Source of the DNA: Monocercomonoides exilis PA203
Taxonomy: Eukaryota > Protista > Preaxostyla
NCBI GenBank assembly: GCA_001643675.2
Contig: LSRY02000007.1
Coordinates: forward strand, 186,001-250,000
Direction of reading: 5' to 3'
DNA: 64,000 nucleotides
Shown here: piece by piece, positions 12,501-25,174 of the stretch
How positions within the stretch are numbered: position 1 is the first letter of the stretch
How the letters are laid out: every line of letters begins with the position of its first letter
Made by a program: the position numbers and the translations under genes
The notes under the pieces: model-generated
What the model saw: the letters and a program-made list of their open reading frames with translations, nothing else
Told to the model about the DNA's origin: nothing
Database searches by the model: none

Positions 12501-15500
12501 CAAATTATCCTTGCTTTTTGTTTTGTTTTTCCTTTTTTCATTATATTTCTCTGCTTTTTTCATTTTTTCCTTGCTTTTCCCGCTTTTCTCGTTCTTTTTG
12601 AAATTTGCCTTTTTAAGTTTTTCAAACAATTTATTCTCCTTCGCTTTCAAAGGAGGTCCCTTCAACTCAATTCCATATATCGTCTTCAACAACTGCTGCT
12701 TTTTTGGTGATAAATCATTCACAAAAAATGCATCTTTTGCGGTTTTGTCAGAAGAAGCAGAGGGAACACACAATTCATTAAAAGGAGGTAAAACTTTTGG
12801 TGTGGAAGAAGGTGATGATGATGATGAAGTGGTTGTTGAAGATGAAGATGATAAAAGAGTCGATGTGGTTGTCGAATGATTTGTGAGCAGAGCTGAAGTT
12901 GGCTGGGGAGATGGCAGACGAATTGATGTTTCAGGAACAGCAGAAGACGGACACGCAATCTTCGTCTGCAGACTTTTTTGTGATTGAAAAGTTGTTTCTG
13001 AGGGAAATGCCGAAGAAGAAGCAGAGGCAGAAGCAAAAGCAGAAACAGCAGTTGCATTCCGTGTTGGGTGGAATGTGTGCGAAGCTGCCAGCGAAGACGA
13101 AGATGAAGTCGGCCTTTGAAGCGGCTCCATTCCAAAATGCAGGTTCCAACAGCGAACTGTTCCGTCTGCAGAAGCTGAGAGGAAAGAAAGCGGAGGGAAA
13201 AGAAGAGGCGGAAGAGATATAGCATGGACGATGTTGCAGCGTCGATTAGACTTTGCTTCCTTTCTTTCTTCTTCTTTCTCTTTCCCTATTTCTGCCTCTG
13301 CCTCTGCTTCTTCTTCTTCTTCTCTCTTTTCAATAGTACTGCTCTCTGCTTTCTCATTGTTATTTCCTTTAATCAAACTGTTATTCCCACTGCGGCTGCT
13401 CCTTTTGCTGCTGTACTTCTCTTTGATAAGCGTCGGAAAGGGAGCAATCTTCCAGATGCACCCAGAATGTGCGGAAAACACCCTCTTCATTGTGAAGTCG
13501 ATCTGCGGAGGATGAAAAATTGATGTGTATTTGAGCGGAGCATGCGGTGAATGCGATGGAATCTGTGTGTCTGAAGGCGAAGAGACAGCTGATGGCTGGC
13601 TGACGGGTTGTGATAGTGAAGGAGAAGGATTAAAAGGAGGAGGCGAAGGAGAGGATGATGGCAGCAGTGCAGAATGCTTTTCAGTTGGTATTGTATCTTC
13701 ATCTGTTCCATGTGACATCGACGTTGTGTTGCTAACAGTCGGTGGTGTTGCATGGAGCACCGGATATTTTGCATTGCCTGTATTTGCAGAGTCACTGGGT
13801 TGCTGTTGAGAAGGCTGCGTTGCCTTTTCAAGAGGAAGATACTCTTTCCATCCTTGTTGAAGTATCTTGCCATTCCACAGCGTCAGTCCATGGTTGGCAT
13901 AGATGGCAGCAACTGTAATATCATTCTCTTTTTTCCCTCTTTTGCTTTTTTCGGGTGAAACGCTTGTGTCATTCATAGAAAAACTGCTGCACAGTTCATC
14001 GCTCTCTGTTTCCTTCATCAGGCAGCTGGCAGATTTTCGCACTATCCGACAGCACAATGCGTTTGGATACAATCTCGACTGAGCCCCTTCTGTTTCTGCT
14101 CCATTTTCCTTCGACTTCTTCTTCGCAAAGCCGCGCACGAAGGAGCCGAAGTCGGATGTTCCCAGCGGAAGTGGCTTTGGCAGCTCTGTGATGTACTCCA
14201 GAGAGAGAGAGTCGAACAGCATGATGCGACCGTCTTTGCCTCCGACACACACAAATTCTCCGTCGACACTGACACACCCGCCGCTCATGCTCATCACCTG
14301 CACCCAGCGGCACACACAGCACGTCTCACAATCCACCTGCACAAGCAGCCCTTTGCTCGTCACCCCATACAAAAATCCCCGAATGTTTGACTTCCTTCTT
14401 GGAGAAATTAGCTGAGGTGATGTTCTTTCTTTGCCGTAGTCGATAAAATCGAGTTTTTCGTTATTTTTCTCAAAGGGCAACTCGTTGGGAGACGTGCCGT
14501 TTCGTTCTGATAAATTTTTCTTAAGTTCAAATGTTCTGCTTTGCTTCATTGGTAAGTCATTTGCTTGTTCATCTTCTTCCCCTTCTTCGTTGAATTCGTC
14601 GCTGATGTCGACAGTTCCAAACTCCACATCCACAAAATCGCTGTCCCTGAGCTCTCCCAAAAGTCCAACGTGAGAAACCATTTTGATCTTTTCTGGTTCT
14701 CTTTGCTTTTTCGGAATTTCTGTGTTTTTTTGTTCCGGTTCGATAAAAATGGATGATTTGGTATTTTCAAATTCAGAGAGATTTGAATTTTTTCCTTCTT
14801 TTTCCTGCGAATTGTTTGATTTTTGCTTGTTGTCATCTTCGCTTATGAAATTTAAACCCAAAGTGTCATCTGCATTGTACAACTCTTCTTTTCGCAGCTC
14901 CCACAGATTGAAATGTCGCGAACCAACCGTTACAAATCTTCTAGGTTCAGTGGATGAAACGCTGATAGAACGTATCTACATTCAAAATTTTCAAGATGTG
15001 ATGTTAAAAATTAACCATAGTGTTAAAAAACGAAAAAAACTTACAATTGCAGGGACAAGTTTATAATGGACCATTGCTTCTTCTTGCCAGTTCCAGACAA
15101 TAAGCTCGCACGGATAATTATTTCCAACAGAAATTAAAAAAGAATCAAGAGAATCTCTATCTTTGCGGCAAAATATTAAGCAAGCGACATTTGACCTATG
15201 TCCTCGCAATTCTCGAAAAAGACAATTCTTTTTCAAATTCCAAATTGATATGATTGGATTGGAATCAAACTGTAATAAAAATGCATGCAAAAAACATGTG
15301 TAATATTATGTATTTATTACGAGAATAAAAACCTCTCCAACAGCAACATATTCACCGCAATGAGAAAAAGTTATACAAGTCAGGGCTCTTCTTTCAGAAT
15401 TTCTTGCAAAAAAACGCACAATTTGCCCAGATTTGCAATCAAAAATACCCAAAAAGCAACCAGCCGCATATGCGATAAGTTCCCGTTGTGTCTAATATTG

Positions 15501-15649
15501 TTGATAAATCACAATGACAATAACTGAATTAACAACAAGATTTTGATTAAAGATAATAAAATACATACATCAATTGCAAACAAATTATTGCAATATGAAG
15601 TGGATCCAATCACATAGTTGAGATTTAGTGACTGTGTTTTTTGAGTCAT
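549..15649 (-). CDS. Giant WD40-repeat protein, MAPKBP1/WDR62-like (multi-exon, with a ~14.4-kb terminal exon)
   Basis: 4777-aa ORF 549-14882 plus short upstream exons reading MTQKTQSLNLNYVIGSTS (ATG 15649), RELIAYAAGCFL, LRGHRSNVACLIF/LISVG..ELIVWNWQ and FVTVGSRHFNLWEL. Internal WD motifs are AHSGCIW, FLSASADGTVRCWNL, GVECVCVSDDG, AADPSGLFCAVSCSDLIVRVFD and HVEMVMSLSFVCDG, in the order seen in WDR62/MAPKBP1. Exon boundaries are approximate. Confidence 0.7.
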
Positions 15650-15980
15650 CAACGATCATGTGTTTCATAAACATTCGCATTTGAAAAAGAATCTTCCAAT
15701 GGGTTTGTTATGATTATTTATCCAAAATGCAAATGATAAAGCATTCAAAATTCTATGATGTTGTTCTCGTATTTTCTTTTATGGTGATGTGCTTATCTTC
15801 ATAAATAAAAAAGAATTTCTTTCTGAAATTCAACTCTTTGCAGTTCGGTATAGAATATAAAAATGTTGACATAAAATGCACTTCTTTATATCATTCTTCA
15901 TAACAACTTTTCACTTTTGAGAATTCGTTTTAACCGAAAAAAGTAATGAAATATTATGCCCATTATATAATTCTGAAAAA

Positions 15981-18103
15981 ATGAGTGAAGAAGAGATTAG
16001 CGAAAATGAACTTACAAAGGCAGAAATTTTGCAGGATTTTATTGATAATGTTAACAAGATGCGCGATGATCCAATGACTCTGTACAATTATCTTTCAACA
16101 AATTTGGTTTGTATTTTTGGAATTTTTTATCCAGAATTCAAATTTTTTTCTCTCAGAAAAAAGCAACTTCCCATCAAATCAGTAATGAAAAGCTTTTGGC
16201 GATATTCAATGTTAATGATCATCCTTTTGCACATGTGTATATTTTGTATGAATTTTTATTTTGTTTAATATTGTTCACTGGACCTTTCATTTTAAAGAGC
16301 ATTATTTTGCGAGAGCACAAAAGCTAAAGATAAAGCTTTTTCATTGATACAAAAAGCTCTACGAAATCTAACAAATTTACCAAAGCATCTTCAACCTGGA
16401 ATTGCAATTTTTACAAAAGAATGTATGATCTTACATATTTTAAATCGTTATATGTCAGCAATTTTCTAAATTTTTAACAGTATCAAGCATTTGCTCTTTT
16501 CTTGAGTCAAATTGTTTGGAAAATGATTCAAAAGCTGTTTTTTCTCTTCTTCGTCAGTGCGTTCAGTTGATCAAATCCGAAAAATATGAAATAAGCAAAG
16601 TTCATGTTCTTTTTCTGCGAGAATGCGTATCACAAAAATTCATGTTGATTGGGTATGAGCAAAGCATATCTCCTGTCTATGGGATCTTTGACGAAAATAT
16701 GCCAATGAAAGATATATTGGAGTATTTTGTCCATGCATCTCTCATTTGTCTGACTTTAAGGCATGACGCAGAGGCTATGAAAGTACTTAAAATGGCATGC
16801 TTAAATTGTTCTGTTAAAATAAATTTTATTGATCTTTGAAAAAAAATCAATTCTTCAGGGATTATGTATTCCATTCACCAAAGTTGACGAACAAGTGTTA
16901 TTGCTTTATCGAAGATATATTCTCACATCATTGATTGTAACAGGGCAGGTATTTCCGATTTTTGCAAATTTATTTATGTTTTTATAAATGTTATAACATT
17001 TCTTTCTTTATTGATGATGTAAATTTTCTCCATCTATCATTGTCTTATTTTTTTTTTTTCGACATTCAGCCACCTTCTCCAATTCCCTTTATATCTGAAG
17101 ATAACGCAAAAATTCTTCAAAATAAATCATCATTTATTCATCCCATTGTGGAATGTTTTGTCACTTTTCCTTCCACGTCATCTTCTTCTTCAACTCCTTC
17201 TTCTTCGTCTCTTTCTGAAGCAACTCCACTATCCTTGTTTAATGAAGACCAGTTGTCGGCAGTGATTTTAAGCAACGAGAAAGAACTGCGCGATGCTGGT
17301 GTTCTATCATTAGCCCGTCGATGCATTCAGGCACTCAAGGAAATTAACTTCAAACGAATCATTCAAGTGTGTATTTCTTAAATCTTTATGTACTATTGGT
17401 AAAAATGTTTTTTTCTGTTTCATATTTAATCTTTTAACAATTGTGTGTATTCGTTTGTTTGATGGTGCTATATAGGCTTATGGAGCAATGCCCCTGAATT
17501 CATTGGCTTCTGCCACAAATCGTTCTGTTTCTGATTCAATAAGATATCTATTATTATTGGTTTGATAACTGCATATTAACTTCTTTGAGAATGATTGGAA
17601 AAAACTTTATTTTATTTTCAATTTTGGAAACAAATGATGTCAATAAATATTTATTCATCTGCCAAATCGAAATTTTGATAATTTATTGATGCAAAAATTG
17701 CGCATTCTGTACTTAGGCATCACAAAGCAAACTCCAGTTGAGCATCGATGAAAAGCGTGGAACTGTTACTTTTGCTGAAGGATTGACTAGTGATGAGACA
17801 AATGAGTCTTCTAAAATGGATGAAGATAGATCAAGCATGAAAATGTCACAGGGATCAGAACAGAAATTTTCATCTAGCTACGAAAAACGAAAGGAAATGG
17901 AACTTGCAATTTCTTTTGCTGAGCAAATGAATAAGTGTGTTTTATTTCATTAACTTTGTAAATATTAATAATCAATTATCAATTTTTTTTTTATATCGTA
18001 ATGATAATTCTTGGGGTAATTTAGAATTGGTCAGATTGCGCAGCAACTTGGTTTTACCGATGATGCACTTTCACTCAGCTCATTTCTTATTAGTAGATTT
18101 TAG
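15981..18103 (+). CDS. CSN3: COP9 signalosome subunit 3-like PCI-domain protein (multi-exon)
   Basis: Exon peptides YRRYILTSLIVTG, LARRCIQALKEINFKRIIQ, YGAMPLNSLAS and SIDEKRGTVTF resemble the CSN3 helical-repeat and PCI winged-helix segments. Short AT-rich introns; likely stop TAG at 18101-18103. Confidence 0.6.
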
Positions 18104-19076
18104 AAGAAATAAATATTTTTCTAAAACCAATTTTACAAATTTCAAACTGTGTTTTTTTTTCTTTATTGTTGTTTTATTTATTTGAAAAAGGATTATCATA
18201 ATTCTTACACTAAATTTTATTTTTGAATGAAACATGCTTCTTGGCACATCCTAAACATAATAATATTGTTTATTTATTAATTTTTAATTTTTTTTGAACA
18301 ATACTCCAAAAATTATTCAATAAAATAATTATTTGATAAAAATTGCTCTTTTTTTTTTTTTTCTATTTGGGTGATTTTTTTTGATATCATAAAAAAAGAT
18401 CAAAAATTGAAAAAATAAAATTTATAACGGTATTTATTGATCATAGAGAAAAATTGATTTTTTGCAAGTATTTAACTTTTATTTCTGTTATAAATATTTG
18501 TTTTATTATCATATGCAAAAACCACACCTCTTTTATGTTAAGAGAGAAAATGGAAAATTTCAGATCAAGTTTTTTTAAAATTTCAAAAAACGAATAAATA
18601 AAACTTCAAAATGAAAAAGTCAAGTTTCTCAACTTTCCAAACAGTACTAATAATTGGAAAATAAAAATGAAAAGATATTGGAAAAGTCAAAAATATGTAT
18701 AAATTTTTTCTTTTTAATTTTTTATTATTTTTTTTGATATTCAAAAAAAGAGAACTGTTCGTTATCTATTATTAATTATGTTTCAACATAACAAATTATC
18801 CGTTCCAGTCTAGTGATTCAGTAACTGGATGGAATTGTGGAAAAGTAAATATTGCTAAGAACAACAGTTGATTCAAATTCTTCTATTTCTCTCTCTTCTC
18901 CTGATTTTATCACTTATTGACTTCTCTCTCCATCCTCTTTGTTCTTCGTCCAAATTTTTCCATTATTGTTTCTTTCACATTCTCATTCAACATACGCCCT
19001 CTATCGCTCCTTTATATACAATGGAATTCATTCCATTCATCCTTCGTTTCTTCTTCTCTCTTCTTTCATTTCTTCA

Positions 19077-19667
19077 TTAATTACCAACTCCCCTGCCCTC
19101 TCCCTCTCCCTCGCCAACTGCACCATCACCAGTATCAACTCAGAACAGTTGAGCCAACAGACTGCCACAGATGGCGGATGCATCTCATTCGCCTCATCCG
19201 TTTCTGCCAACACATTTTTGGTGTGCAGCACCACCTTCTCCACCTGCTCTGTGAGCGAGGATACAAGTTCTGGAGGAAGAGGCTGCGCTCTCATGATCGA
19301 GTTCAACCATGGCTCACAAGTGTCATCCACAACCTTTTCCATCACCAATATCGTGTTTTCAGCCAACAAGGCCAGTGTCGGAAGAGATATGTATTTTGTG
19401 TGTGAATCATTTGTCGCTTCTGTGAAGGAACCCTTGTTCACTTTCATGACAAGCATCTCTTCAAAAGACAACTCAGTTGTTGAACATGACAGAACAGAAG
19501 CATTTGGCGATTGGGATGTCGATTTGTTTATATTTCTCAACGGGTATGCAGCTAACAATGAATATGTGAATGATCATCTTGGTATCAAAGCAATGAATTG
19601 TTGGACATCAAAGATGCCCTGCAAGAGCACACGCAATGCGATGGGTCTTCTGAAGAAGGTGCAATAG
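19077..19667 (+). pseudogene. Fragment of a repetitive beta-helix/surface-protein-like family
   Basis: Peptide TDGGCISF..FSTCSVSEDTSSGGRGCALMI..FSANKASVGRDMYFVC..NCWTSKMPCKS is typical of large multicopy Ser/Thr/Cys-rich protist proteins. It has no clean start and ends abruptly. Confidence 0.4.
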
Positions 19668-20989
19668 AATGTTGCGTAGATAAAGACAAAGAAGACAAGG
19701 GAGCTGAAGGTGAAGAGGAAGATGCAGTTGAAGCAACAGAATAGTTTTTGTGTGTATAATACGATAAGAAATTATTAAAGTTGAAACATGCTATTTCTAA
19801 TCTTTGTCACTTTCTTTCTCTCTCAATTTCTCCTCCTTCATCTTCTTCTTCTCTTTTGGAGAGCTCCTTATCCAGCAAAAGAAGAAATTTGCAGAAAGCG
19901 TTGAAAGTGGAAGGAGGTCGAGAAGGAGGAGAGAGAAGAAGAAGGATTAGAATAAGAGAATGAGGAGGAAGAGATGAGAATGATGCAACTTCCAATACCC
20001 ACCTGATGCTAACAGCAGCATCATCAGAGGACGAGACAATGGAGGGGGACTGGGAAATGAACGACGCAAAAGAAAAGGAAGAAGAAGAAGAAGGTATTGA
20101 TGATGAAGAGAAGATATCTAAAGTGGACTCTGAAAAGAGAAAGCCAGCGTGTGTGGAAAGGAGGCAGTCATCGGCGTCACCGAAATATCTGTTGAAGCAA
20201 ATGGTGCGGTGGAGATGGCACATTGTTCAGTCTTTTTTTTTCTGTTCTGTTTCCAATGGCAGCAGAAACTCTGAGAAGCTATCCTGGAAGAGATCCGCAG
20301 TCCATGCTTTGCGATCGAAACTGATTAAAAAAAGTGATTAAATGAGGGATGATTCATATGTAAGAATATTATTAGATTGAATTAATTTAAATAAAATATT
20401 GAAAAAAATTAATTTTCAAACAAGAAATGGAATAAAAGCAAAAAATAACAAATAATAGAATAATATTGAAAACCTTATAAAATGAGGAATTGTGCCTTCA
20501 TTGTTTCTCGCACAGAGTTTTATGGAGATTGTTTGTGCAGGTCACAACAGAGTGGAAAGATTTGGCGTCTCTATGATTTTTATGCAGAGGCAGTTCAGAC
20601 AGGCATTTCTATGCAGGTTGTCAATGCACACACTCACAAAATGACCAATGCGATCAACTAACAAATCCCTGTCAAGAATGTCTGTTCACAAGAAAAAGAG
20701 AAAAATATAAGCAAATAGTTCAAAATTTTTAAAAGAATATGAAATAAAAATAAAAAAATAAGCAATTTATTATAAATTGATAATATTTCTTTGTTAAATA
20801 AAAAGAAAATAAACACAAACATTTATTCCAATCTTCTCCATCACCAACATTGATCCGTCTGAAATTCTGTTTTTTTCTCTCGTCGAGCCCAGAACATCCG
20901 CCACCTTTGACTCTCTTCGCTTTCCTAAAATCTTTCTTCTTTGAAAATCTAGTCAATCTTGTATGTTAATAGCTAATTTCCCCCAAAGA

Positions 20990-21830
20990 TAGACATTTTC
21001 ATTTACAAGTCTCATAAAGCTTGCTGCACTGGGTGCGTCCAACTTCGCCTCTTCGACTGTTTCCTTGTTCTGTGACGTGAACTGAGTCTGCTTTTCATTC
21101 GCAATCCTCTTTGGCTATATGATAAACATCTACGCCTGTGTTTCTACACTGCTCGAATCAGACAACAAAAAATCCAACTCAGACTGGTAGATTCCACTGA
21201 AGCTTCCATTTCCCCTCTTCTCTGCTGCTTCCACCACATTCTTCTCTATCTGGTCCGTGTTATCGCAAAATTCCAACCACACGAAGCTTCCATACTCTCT
21301 TCCATTGTGCCTGTCCATGCAGCGCAGAAAGCGGCACTTTCAAGAGATCTTCGCAATGGTGCCTGTGAATAAGATGAGCGGGTCATTCGCCTCAAATTTC
21401 TCATCCGTTACCGACGACCGGCCATTCCAAATCGAGTTCTCATTCTGTTCATAGAACAGATTCATTTTCACATCCTACACCACACACGAAACAAACAGTG
21501 AGCATTCGAGGTTAACCTGAGGAATCTCAGGAGCCCACTCCTTCCACTGCTTCCTCCGAAATAAATCTGTCGCGAACTGAGGGTCAGACGAAGGCCTCGG
21601 TGATGGAGCGCACAGAAAGCTGTCGCGAAAAGCACACAAAGTATTCTGTACATGTTGCGAGTATTGGATGACGTTAATCTCCTCCATTTCTGCGTCTGCT
21701 CTGTCACTCCCATCAAACCTCCTTTGCGCCACAAGCACTGTCAGCGCACCTTCCTCTCCTTCTCTTCCCGGATTATCGACCCTTTGCCTCTCTTTCTTCT
21801 TCTTCTTCAGCAGCAATTGTTATTAGCAGA
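20990..21830 (-). pseudogene. Decayed coding fragment of unknown family
   Basis: Consecutive coding-like minus-strand ORFs (21475-21816, 21130-21318) interrupted by in-frame stops. GC content is higher than in the flanks. Confidence 0.3.
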
Positions 21831-23177
21831 TATTGTAAATTTCGGATTTTTTGTTCTCTAAAATTGAACCAACTTCAGCTAAATATGTTTTGTGACTGGA
21901 CCAGGAGGAAGATCTATATGTTTCATCTGCATTTGCTTCTTTTTTTTTACAACTTCCATCGCTAACAAGCTTGGTCCCATTCTGCTCGTGCTGTCCTATG
22001 AAGATAACAATCCACCAGAAATCAAAGCATTTTATATTCCTTCACCTCCTTCGTCTCTCTCTCTTCTGCTTGAAAGAAAGCAATCATCCATTTTTCCAAA
22101 ATCTCCCGCTTCGCCTCCACACTCAGCTCATTCTCTGGGAATCTTTTCATTCATCTTCCGCTTGTCTTTCTCCTTAGTGGATGTCTTCTCAAACATTCGA
22201 GTTAGTTCGTTGTGGAAATTCTCCGGAGCTGCAACATGCTTTGCATTCTCTTCTTCTTCTTCTTTTCTTCTTCTTCTTCCTTCCTTTCTGTTATTCCCTT
22301 TTCCATCATTTTCTTTTCGTGAAGGCATTGGAGGAAGGTTTGTTTTCATCAAAAAACCAGAAATTGGAAGAGGAAGAAGAAGAAGAAGACAGAAGAAGAA
22401 GAAGAATAGGAAGACGAAGACGAAGAGGAAGAAGAAGAAGTGAAAGAAGACTTTTTATCATTTTCTTTAAGAAGTTTGTTGGTAATTTTGATTATATCGA
22501 AAAGAAGAAGAAAGAGAAGGAGAAGATAAAGATTGCGGAAAACAGCGGACGAACGGAATGATGTGAAAAGGTTGCTTAATCGTTGTGCTGAGAGAGCAAG
22601 CATATAAGGTGATTGTTTATGAAGATGAGAGACGAAGAATAGGAAGGCAAAGAGGAAGAGGAAGACGATGAAACAAATTAACAAAATGAACACATTCTGA
22701 ATTTTGTGGAGAAAAAGAAGACTGAAAGGAAGAGAAGACGACTACGATAAAGACGAAGGAAACGAATATGAAAGAAGAGGAAGAAGAAGAATTATACGAG
22801 CAAAAAATGGATTTGAAGACATTTTCAGCAGGAGTAGAATGCATTGTTATGGTGCAATCGGAATAAGTCATATTTGAAAATCTCAGCAAACAGGAAAAAG
22901 TGAAATCCTCGTGATGCAAAAGAAGAATATTATATCGCATCAGCGTTGTGGATGAATGAAATGTTGAAGCTTCAAACTGGTGCATGATTGAAATAGTTAA
23001 ATTTCAAATGACTAAGAAGAATAAGAGCATGAAGACTCAAATTCTATTTGATATTTGACGTCTGTTATAAGCATCAAATGTTCTATATATTGAAATGCGA
23101 ACAAAATTGTTGTTCTGTCACTGTACACAATGAATCTCCATATAAAAATTCGATGAAAAAAATGCAGTTTCAGATGC

Positions 23178-23788
23178 ATTTCTGAAAGATGAATTATTAT
23201 TCTTTTATTTTCACTGATATTCCATCTCGGGCTGACAAATTATTTATGAAAAAAATCGTATTGGTTGCTATTATTGCAGCTTTTTTAATAGAAATAAAAT
23301 GAGAATATGGTTCAAATACATTAATTGCTTTGCGCTTTGCTCACAAAAATATCCACATGAAAATTAATGCATATTTATTTTTGACACAATAAAATACAAA
23401 AAATTATAAATACGTTCCATTTTCCTGAAAATATGTGAAATTAAAAATCTCGATCACAAAAGTGGTCACTAATTTTTCTTCAGATTTTGCAACAAACAGA
23501 CATTAAAAGATGTGGGGAAGCTGTCTGCGTGGAAATCTGAGAAAAAATTAGTGACCACTTTTGTGATCGCCAGTCATTTCATTTTTCAGTTTTATAATAG
23601 TTCCGATCGTTCAACGGATCAAATCTGATGAGAACCTTAATAAAAGTGTTTTTCTAAATGACTGGCGATCACAAAAGTGGTCACTAATTTTTTCTCAGAT
23701 TTCCACGCAGACAGCTTCCCCACATCTTTTAATGTCTGTTTGTTGCAAAATCTGAAGAAAAATTAGTGACCACTTTTGTGATCGAGAT
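23178..23788 (+). repeat. Left terminal inverted repeat (611 bp) containing a nested palindrome
   Basis: Starts ATTTCTGAAAGATGAATT. Contains 133-bp inverted arms at 23447-23579 and 23656-23788 around a 76-bp spacer. Confidence 0.9.
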
Positions 23789-24095
23789 GTTCAATTTGAC
23801 AAAATTTCATGAAAATGCAATGTTTTTCTTGGTTTTATTCATTATTAATATATTTTCTTATATATATTTGTTTGTGATTTTTATTGTTATGTAATTAACA
23901 TTGGTTTGAATGAAATACATTTATGTGTTGATTATTGTTTGAAGACAAAAAATTGTGATATCAGTTTCCAATATCAATTCATCATTTTGAAAATATCAAA
24001 TTGTATAAATATTTGTTTTTTGTGTGAAACATAGTGTTTAACGATAAAAAAGAAATGTGGCTTTTTCCCATAAAAAATTCAAAAAAATCCCAATT

Positions 24096-25139
24096 ATGTC
24101 TTTAACGAAACCTCAATCAACTCTTAATTCAAAATGCAAAGTTTTATGGAATGAAATTGAACGCATCGGTGGAGATGACGTTGATTCATTGCTTGTCTAT
24201 TTGTTTTACACTTACAGGCAATCATCTTCAGTTATTAACAATTTGCTGAAGTCATTGAACGGTTTGATTTTTATTTTTTGAATTTTTGTATAGAAAATTT
24301 TCTGAACTGTCATCCTTGTCATTTTCTTATTTTTTTGTTTATTATTTTTTTTTCTAACAGAATATCACATTAAGCTGCTTGAAGACTTGTCTGTGGTGTA
24401 TAACAACGCTCAGTTGCACACTCAGACAACAATGCTACAGGCGTTGTCTCGAAACACATCATTATCCGATTTACAAGACTATGGATTTGATGTGACAGAA
24501 GGCAAATTTGTTTACGCGAAGCAAACGCTGAAGAAAAACCAAGGCTTCATTGTCCAGCCTCAAAAACCTCATCTTCCGTCTTGCAAAAGTGGTTTGTGTT
24601 TATTTTATTTTTTTGCATAATTTTCTCAGTTTATTTTAGGCTTAGATAAACAGGACTGGGAAAAGGGCAACAACTGGATGTTAGCCCATTCCACTGAAGC
24701 CTCGACATCGCTTCAGTCAGCAAAGAAAAAGCAGCGAGCTGAGCCAGATTACGCCAGATTTATTGATGAAGATGCCTGGGAAAATGAAATTGTTACAGAA
24801 AACTCTTCTTCAAATAAAAAACTATCTTCTTCTTCTTCAACATCATCTCAACTCTATAAAAATTCAAAAACCATTTCAGAGAAAAATTCTTCTTCAACAA
24901 ATTCTTCTCCATCTCAAGCTGTTGATGCCCCAATTAGCACTCCAATAAGGAGAGAAAGGGAGTCAACAAAAAGAAAAACAAACAAATCATGTCATAAACG
25001 TTATTCTTCTCCTTCGCCCATCCCAATTCACAAATTCTTCAAAACAAAAAAAAAATCAACTTCTTCTTCTCCTCCTCCTCCTCCATCTTCTTCTTCTTCA
25101 TCTTCCTCTTCCTCTTCCTCTTCCTCCTCCTCCTCCTCC

Positions 25140-25174
<35 letters not shown>

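Noticed and set aside
901-14836. Numerous antisense and alternative-frame ORFs of 60-230 aa (also throughout 30-38 kb and 54-63 kb)
   Set aside because: These are shadow ORFs produced by low-complexity Ser/Glu codon runs inside longer genes, with no independent motifs.
16784-16858. GC donor (GCATGC at 16795) in the CSN3 gene
   Set aside because: A nearby GT at 16784 could not be confidently excluded as the donor without transcripts, so this intron was not counted as GC-AG.
23447-23788. Repeated 27-bp motif with spacers resembling a CRISPR array
   Set aside because: Copies alternate in orientation, the spacers are inverted duplicates of each other, the context is eukaryotic and there are no cas genes.
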